IMG/VR virus record: IMGVR_UViG_3300036715_001783
Location: 16,695-80,694 of that record
Length of the DNA stretch: 64,000 bases
Origin: a virus
Reading direction: 5' to 3' (one strand)
The notes under the pieces were generated by a model that worked only from the letters and a program-made list of their open reading frames with translations, did no database searches and was not told where the DNA came from. The stretch's first letter is position 1. Each line of letters begins with the position of its first letter. Positions 60,005 through 64,000 of this stretch are shown piece after piece. A program made the translations under genes and the position numbers.

Positions 60005-60328
60005 ATGAAAAAATTATTAATGGTACCTTTACTAATACTAGCATCTCCAGTCCAAGCATTGACTGGACTTGAATTACAACAAATGGGACATTCAATCACG
60101 GATGAAGCTGCAATGTTTCAGGGATATGTTATTGGGGTGTATGATAGTACCAAATCAATACATAAAAAAACAGCATGCCTTCCAATTGAGATTACAAATC
60201 AAATTGTACTTGATACAGTACTGGATTATCTGGATACACATGTTGCAAAACTACAAGAACCAGCTGACAAATTAATAGTGAAAGCAATTACCAATCAGTT
60301 CCCTTGTAACAAACCACCACCTAAATAA
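60005..60328 (+). CDS. Rap1a/Tai-like periplasmic immunity protein
   Basis: Signal peptide; TG..L, GYV.GV.D, C.P...T......V..YL..H...L...A..L...A....FPC. Confidence 0.7.
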   Translation: MKKLLMVPLLILASPVQALTGLELQQMGHSITDEAAMFQGYVIGVYDSTKSIHKKTACLPIEITNQIVLDTVLDYLDTHVAKLQEPADKLIVKAITNQFPCNKPPPK

Positions 60329-60356
60329 CCAATTAACTGATACAAGGAATGTTATC

Positions 60357-61238
60357 ATGTACGAACCTATTATTAAAAATCAATACCATCACCACTACGA
60401 AACTAATACATTAGGTAGAGATTTCGTAGTTGGTGACCTGCACGGTGTTTATACACACCTCATGAACGCCCTCACATCACTCAATTTCAACTTCCAAACC
60501 GATAGACTGTTCTCAGTTGGGGATTTGTGTGACAGAGGACCAGAAAATGTTGAATGCGCCTCCCTTATGTTCGAACCTTGGTTCATTCCAACTCAAGGCA
60601 ACCACGAAATGCTTATGTGGAAGTCCCTTCTCGAACAAGACAACCAATATATCAACTGTTGGCTTATGAACGGTGGCGAATGGTTCCAACACGAACCAGT
60701 TCCACAACTCAAATTCATATCAGAATATATGAAAAAATTGCCACTCATAATTTCCGTTGGCAATAATAATGACAGATTTAATGTCGTTCACGCGGAAATT
60801 CTTCGATTTAACAATGCCAAAGTGATTCCTGTGACAAATGACGATATTGACAAATGGCAATTCTCAGACACAGATATTAATAATATGTTATGGGGAAGAT
60901 ACATTATTGGAATGCATACGAATGATCGGACATATAAGTTAGAACAAAGTCCTGTTCCAACCACTAAATTTCAATCCGATGATTTATCAATTACGTTTTG
61001 TGGGCATTCTGTTGTTCCTGGAGAACCGATTAAGATTCAGAGACAAATTTACATTGATACTGGATGTGTGAATGGAACTAAACCAAAAAATAGATACCAC
61101 CAGTCTAAGTATCCATTAACTATTGCCTGTCCAAAAGAACAAGTGTGCTACTCATACGATAACCACACAAATAACTTAACTACCATTCCTTTCTCCAACA
61201 TTGTGGAATATAAATATCATGCCACAAATAAGTTATAA
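60357..61238 (+). CDS. Ser/Thr protein phosphatase (lambda NinI/PphA-like)
   Basis: GDLHG, VGDL.DRG, GNHE, NGG.W, HA, GH, IDTG. Confidence 0.9.
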   Translation: MYEPIIKNQYHHHYETNTLGRDFVVGDLHGVYTHLMNALTSLNFNFQTDRLFSVGDLCDRGPENVECASLMFEPWFIPTQGNHEMLMWKSLLEQDNQYINCWLMNGGEWFQHEPVPQLKFISEYMKKLPLIISVGNNNDRFNVVHAEILRFNNAKVIPVTNDDIDKWQFSDTDINNMLWGRYIIGMHTNDRTYKLEQSPVPTTKFQSDDLSITFCGHSVVPGEPIKIQRQIYIDTGCVNGTKPKNRYHQSKYPLTIACPKEQVCYSYDNHTNNLTTIPFSNIVEYKYHATNKL

Positions 61239-61249
61239 GGAAGAAATAT

Positions 61250-61450
61250 ATGCCAGTTCCATTAAACAACCAACCACTAGCACTCGAAACTCGTGTTAAA
61301 GCTAATAAACCAAGATGTGCCTGTCGAGGTGGAGGCCACGAAGTAGTTGTGGGCGTAATTAAAAAAGTAATAACAAATCATACCGGAAATTGGTATTACC
61401 TCTCAAACGGTAGTACTGTTTCCGAGAATTGGATCACCGAAACACTTTAA
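61250..61450 (+). CDS. small hypothetical protein
   Basis: AAGGA RBS. Confidence 0.6.
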   Translation: MPVPLNNQPLALETRVKANKPRCACRGGGHEVVVGVIKKVITNHTGNWYYLSNGSTVSENWITETL

Positions 61451-61463
61451 AAGGACTTAAATA

Positions 61464-62069
61464 ATGCACTTCGCCTACCATATCATCTTTGCAACCATTA
61501 CATTGATTCTTAGCTACTCATTAATAATCTTCTACCTCTTCGGTAAAGATATTCATGAACAACTACTAATCGCAACTAACCCCAACATTATCCATAAATT
61601 AGATGGACCAACTCAACAAACAACTTTTAAACGAGCTGCTAAAACAGTTGAGTGGCTATATCGTTTAGTTCTACCACTTGCTGCCGTATCCACATCCATT
61701 ACTGTATTCACTTGGATATATGTTGGCTTGTACGACGAAATGATATGGGGCATAAACTATATCGGACCAATTATTATTGCCCTCTATGCCACTATTGTTC
61801 TTAATACAGATACAGACCCTGAATGGCTCCTTCATTGGGAAAACCTCCACGAACATACAATCAAACTTATCTATATCGAATTCATCGAACACCGACTTCA
61901 CGAACTTAAACTATTACTTCAAGATGCCCAGAACGGCACCCACTTCGACCCAGAAGAACTAAAAGATATTAAACTAGAAAGCCTCGTCCTCTCTCAAGAA
62001 GCCTTCTACCTCAACGGCGAACATCAAGCAGCAGATGACCTTCAACCCCTAATCGATTCATTCGATTAA
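61464..62069 (+). CDS. membrane protein
   Basis: Three TM segments; C-rich codon usage. Confidence 0.65.
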   Translation: MHFAYHIIFATITLILSYSLIIFYLFGKDIHEQLLIATNPNIIHKLDGPTQQTTFKRAAKTVEWLYRLVLPLAAVSTSITVFTWIYVGLYDEMIWGINYIGPIIIALYATIVLNTDTDPEWLLHWENLHEHTIKLIYIEFIEHRLHELKLLLQDAQNGTHFDPEELKDIKLESLVLSQEAFYLNGEHQAADDLQPLIDSFD

Positions 62070-62073
62070 TAAT

Positions 62074-62101
62074 AAGGGGGGGGGCTTTTTTAGCCCCCTT
62101 T
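62074..62101. terminator. terminator between convergent genes
   Basis: AAGGGGG..GGCT/AGCCCCCTTT. Confidence 0.55.
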
Positions 62102-62359
62102 GTTGAAAATGATGTCAACTCTTTCAACCGAACCTGGCGCAAACACAACCAACTTACTAATCTCATGACACCATATCGATATCCCCATCCCCCCTACCCT
62201 AACTATTTCAACTTCCTCCATAACCTCTTCTAACATTTCCATCGGAATAGCACTAGACCTCTGCACCTTACCAACACTATATACCTCAATAATAAACGAC
62301 TTACCAACCTCAACACTATCCTGATAACTCCTCAACCCAACATAATATCCCTCACTCAT
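62090..62359 (-). CDS. hypothetical protein
   Basis: Overlap-coupled to 62352-62816. Confidence 0.5.
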   Translation of the reverse strand: MSEGYYVGLRSYQDSVEVGKSFIIEVYSVGKVQRSSAIPMEMLEEVMEEVEIVRVGGMGISIWCHEISKLVVFAPGSVERVDIIFNKGG

Positions 62360-62816
62360 CTTCCCTACCTACTATAATATCACTAAACGATTCACTGTCA
62401 AATATAATTACATTCACCCAATCTATCTCCCTTCGTACCTGATCCATAAACATTCGAACACCAACATCATATAAAAAACTTCCCCCTATTACCATATCAC
62501 TTATTAAGATATACGTCCTCCCACTAAATGGCTTAACCCCTTCCGGCAAACTAACATTAACATAATATACCAACTTCAAACTCCCATTCAACCAAAATAC
62601 CTTACTCGGAATATATCCACTTACCTCCCCATACCCATCCAAATTACATAACAATCCCCCTACCTCCCCTCTCCCTTCCCCTTTCTCATAATCAAACTTA
62701 GTTTCTACCTTAACCCACTGAACATCCACCAAATCAATACATACTACCCTCATCTTACTATTTCTCAACTCCTCCCCCAGTTCATCAAAACTAGGCAATA
62801 CACTCTCCATTTCCAT
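62352..62816 (-). CDS. hypothetical protein
   Basis: AAGGAG RBS on minus strand. Confidence 0.55.
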   Translation of the reverse strand: MEMESVLPSFDELGEELRNSKMRVVCIDLVDVQWVKVETKFDYEKGEGRGEVGGLLCNLDGYGEVSGYIPSKVFWLNGSLKLVYYVNVSLPEGVKPFSGRTYILISDMVIGGSFLYDVGVRMFMDQVRREIDWVNVIIFDSESFSDIIVGREDE

Positions 62817-63368
62817 AACTACTACTCCTTTTAATTATTTAACCGGTACTCTTTAGTCAATTCATTCAGTACCTATTCTTATATACCCGTAACTTATTTC
62901 ACTTTTATATACTTATTCACATCTCAGTAACACATTAATGGGGTTAACAATACTACCCATTAGAATAACACATAACAACTTACATCTAATAGTAAACAAA
63001 CTTTACCTTTTTATATTCAACTAGTTATACTATTAAATAGTTCAACACACTAAAACTGCAGTGTAGAACACTATATCACTAACCATATATCTACTAGTAA
63101 TCAACCAAATCAATAACAACTTATCTATCAAAAATTGCACCACATCCCTCCTTTATAACTAATATATTATGAAGGGGGATCACACTTTTGGGGGGGCTTA
63201 TATAACAAAAGGTGGTATTATTGTGCACCAACCTGCAGTTTCTGTGGTGTTGAGAGCAACCACCTTTTTGGTTGTTTATATGGTTGTGTATATTTTGGAT
63301 GTTGAGCCGGTAGAAAACCGTACTGAACGGTAGAATGGGGGTTGAGGTATGGTTGGGGTGTATGGTTG

Positions 63369-63945
63369 GATACTTCCCCCAATGAAAAACTAGTCGATTG
63401 GTTTATTATTTTGGTGGGGTGTGCAGAAACTGTGGTTCTGTTCAATCTGGTTGAGTAGGATAAAATAGAAAAATGGTTGAATGAAGTGGTTAGGACATTT
63501 CTTTGGAGCGCAGACCAGCGTGCCACCATTAAAAAGTGGTTCAGGTTGTTTCAGTTTGATTGACCAATTGTTTATTATATGGTCTTTTCTAAATGTCAAC
63601 GGTGGCCAATTGCCCCATTGTTAATCGTGCTAAATTCGTGGTGTTGACATTCAGAGAAATATATTATACGGGAACCATGAGAAAAAATCAAATGAGTCGG
63701 GAGGTAGATCAACAGTGCATGTTCGGGGTATTAACCTGTTGATAAAGTGAATAAAATAGTGTATAATGGAGTGGGGTCAATCCCGGCGAGACATGTGGGT
63801 TGGTCTATATTTTATTTTAGACAACGTTGCCAGTTTTATGAAGACCAGTTAATTAGCCTTGTGATGTCTTTCCTGACTTCATGTAGTATATTATACATCA
63901 AATTGATGATTTATCAACGGGGCGATACTTCCCCCAATGAAAAAC
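63369..63945 (+). repeat. 22-bp direct repeat pair
   Basis: GATACTTCCCCCAATGAAAAAC at 63369-63390 and 63924-63945; GATACTT at the window end may start a third copy. Confidence 0.85.
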
Positions 63946-64000
63946 CACTCCAACGAGAGAATGTGGTGTTGAGGTATGTGGTTCAAATAAATCGATACTT

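Noticed and set aside
63218-63599. Minus-strand ORFs of 103 and 69 aa
   Set aside because: No clear RBS, composition driven by skew, and they overlap repeats; probably non-coding
1-64000. Genome-wide stop-codon reassignment
   Set aside because: Conserved genes are full length in code 11 and end at TAA, TAG or TGA at expected positions (e.g. pth2, cas8f)

Overview
A 64-kb AT-rich segment of a large, T4-related (jumbo-type) dsDNA phage. Evidence for this: rIIA/rIIB, gp23- and gp21-like paralogs, PhoH, a GH19 endolysin, tRNAs, host sigma70-type promoters (TTGAYW-16/17-TATAAT) and T4 late-type (T/C)ATAAATA promoters. Almost all genes are on the + strand. The main feature is a phage-encoded type I-F CRISPR-Cas locus (cas8f-cas5f-cas7f-cas6f-[broken cas1]-17-repeat array-cas2/3). 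It is bounded by a 66-bp direct repeat (promoter plus RBS), and the middle of cas1 is replaced by a single perfect CRISPR repeat, so the system looks interference-competent but adaptation-dead. Other modules: (1) an RNA-repair/translation-rescue cluster (tRNA-Asn, tRNA-Arg, Pth2, NADAR, Ro60/TROVE, RNA ligase, candidate Y-like RNA); (2) 7-deazaguanine pathway genes (queE, queD, TGT/DpdA-like, PRTase); (3) many free-standing endonucleases, two of which appear to have duplicated and recoded part of the gene they invaded; (4) a class 3 intein in an AAA ATPase; (5) a candidate ~280-nt structured ncRNA; (6) a G/C skew switch with direct repeats near 63.2 kb. All protein assignments come from motif recognition by eye; no database searches were run.
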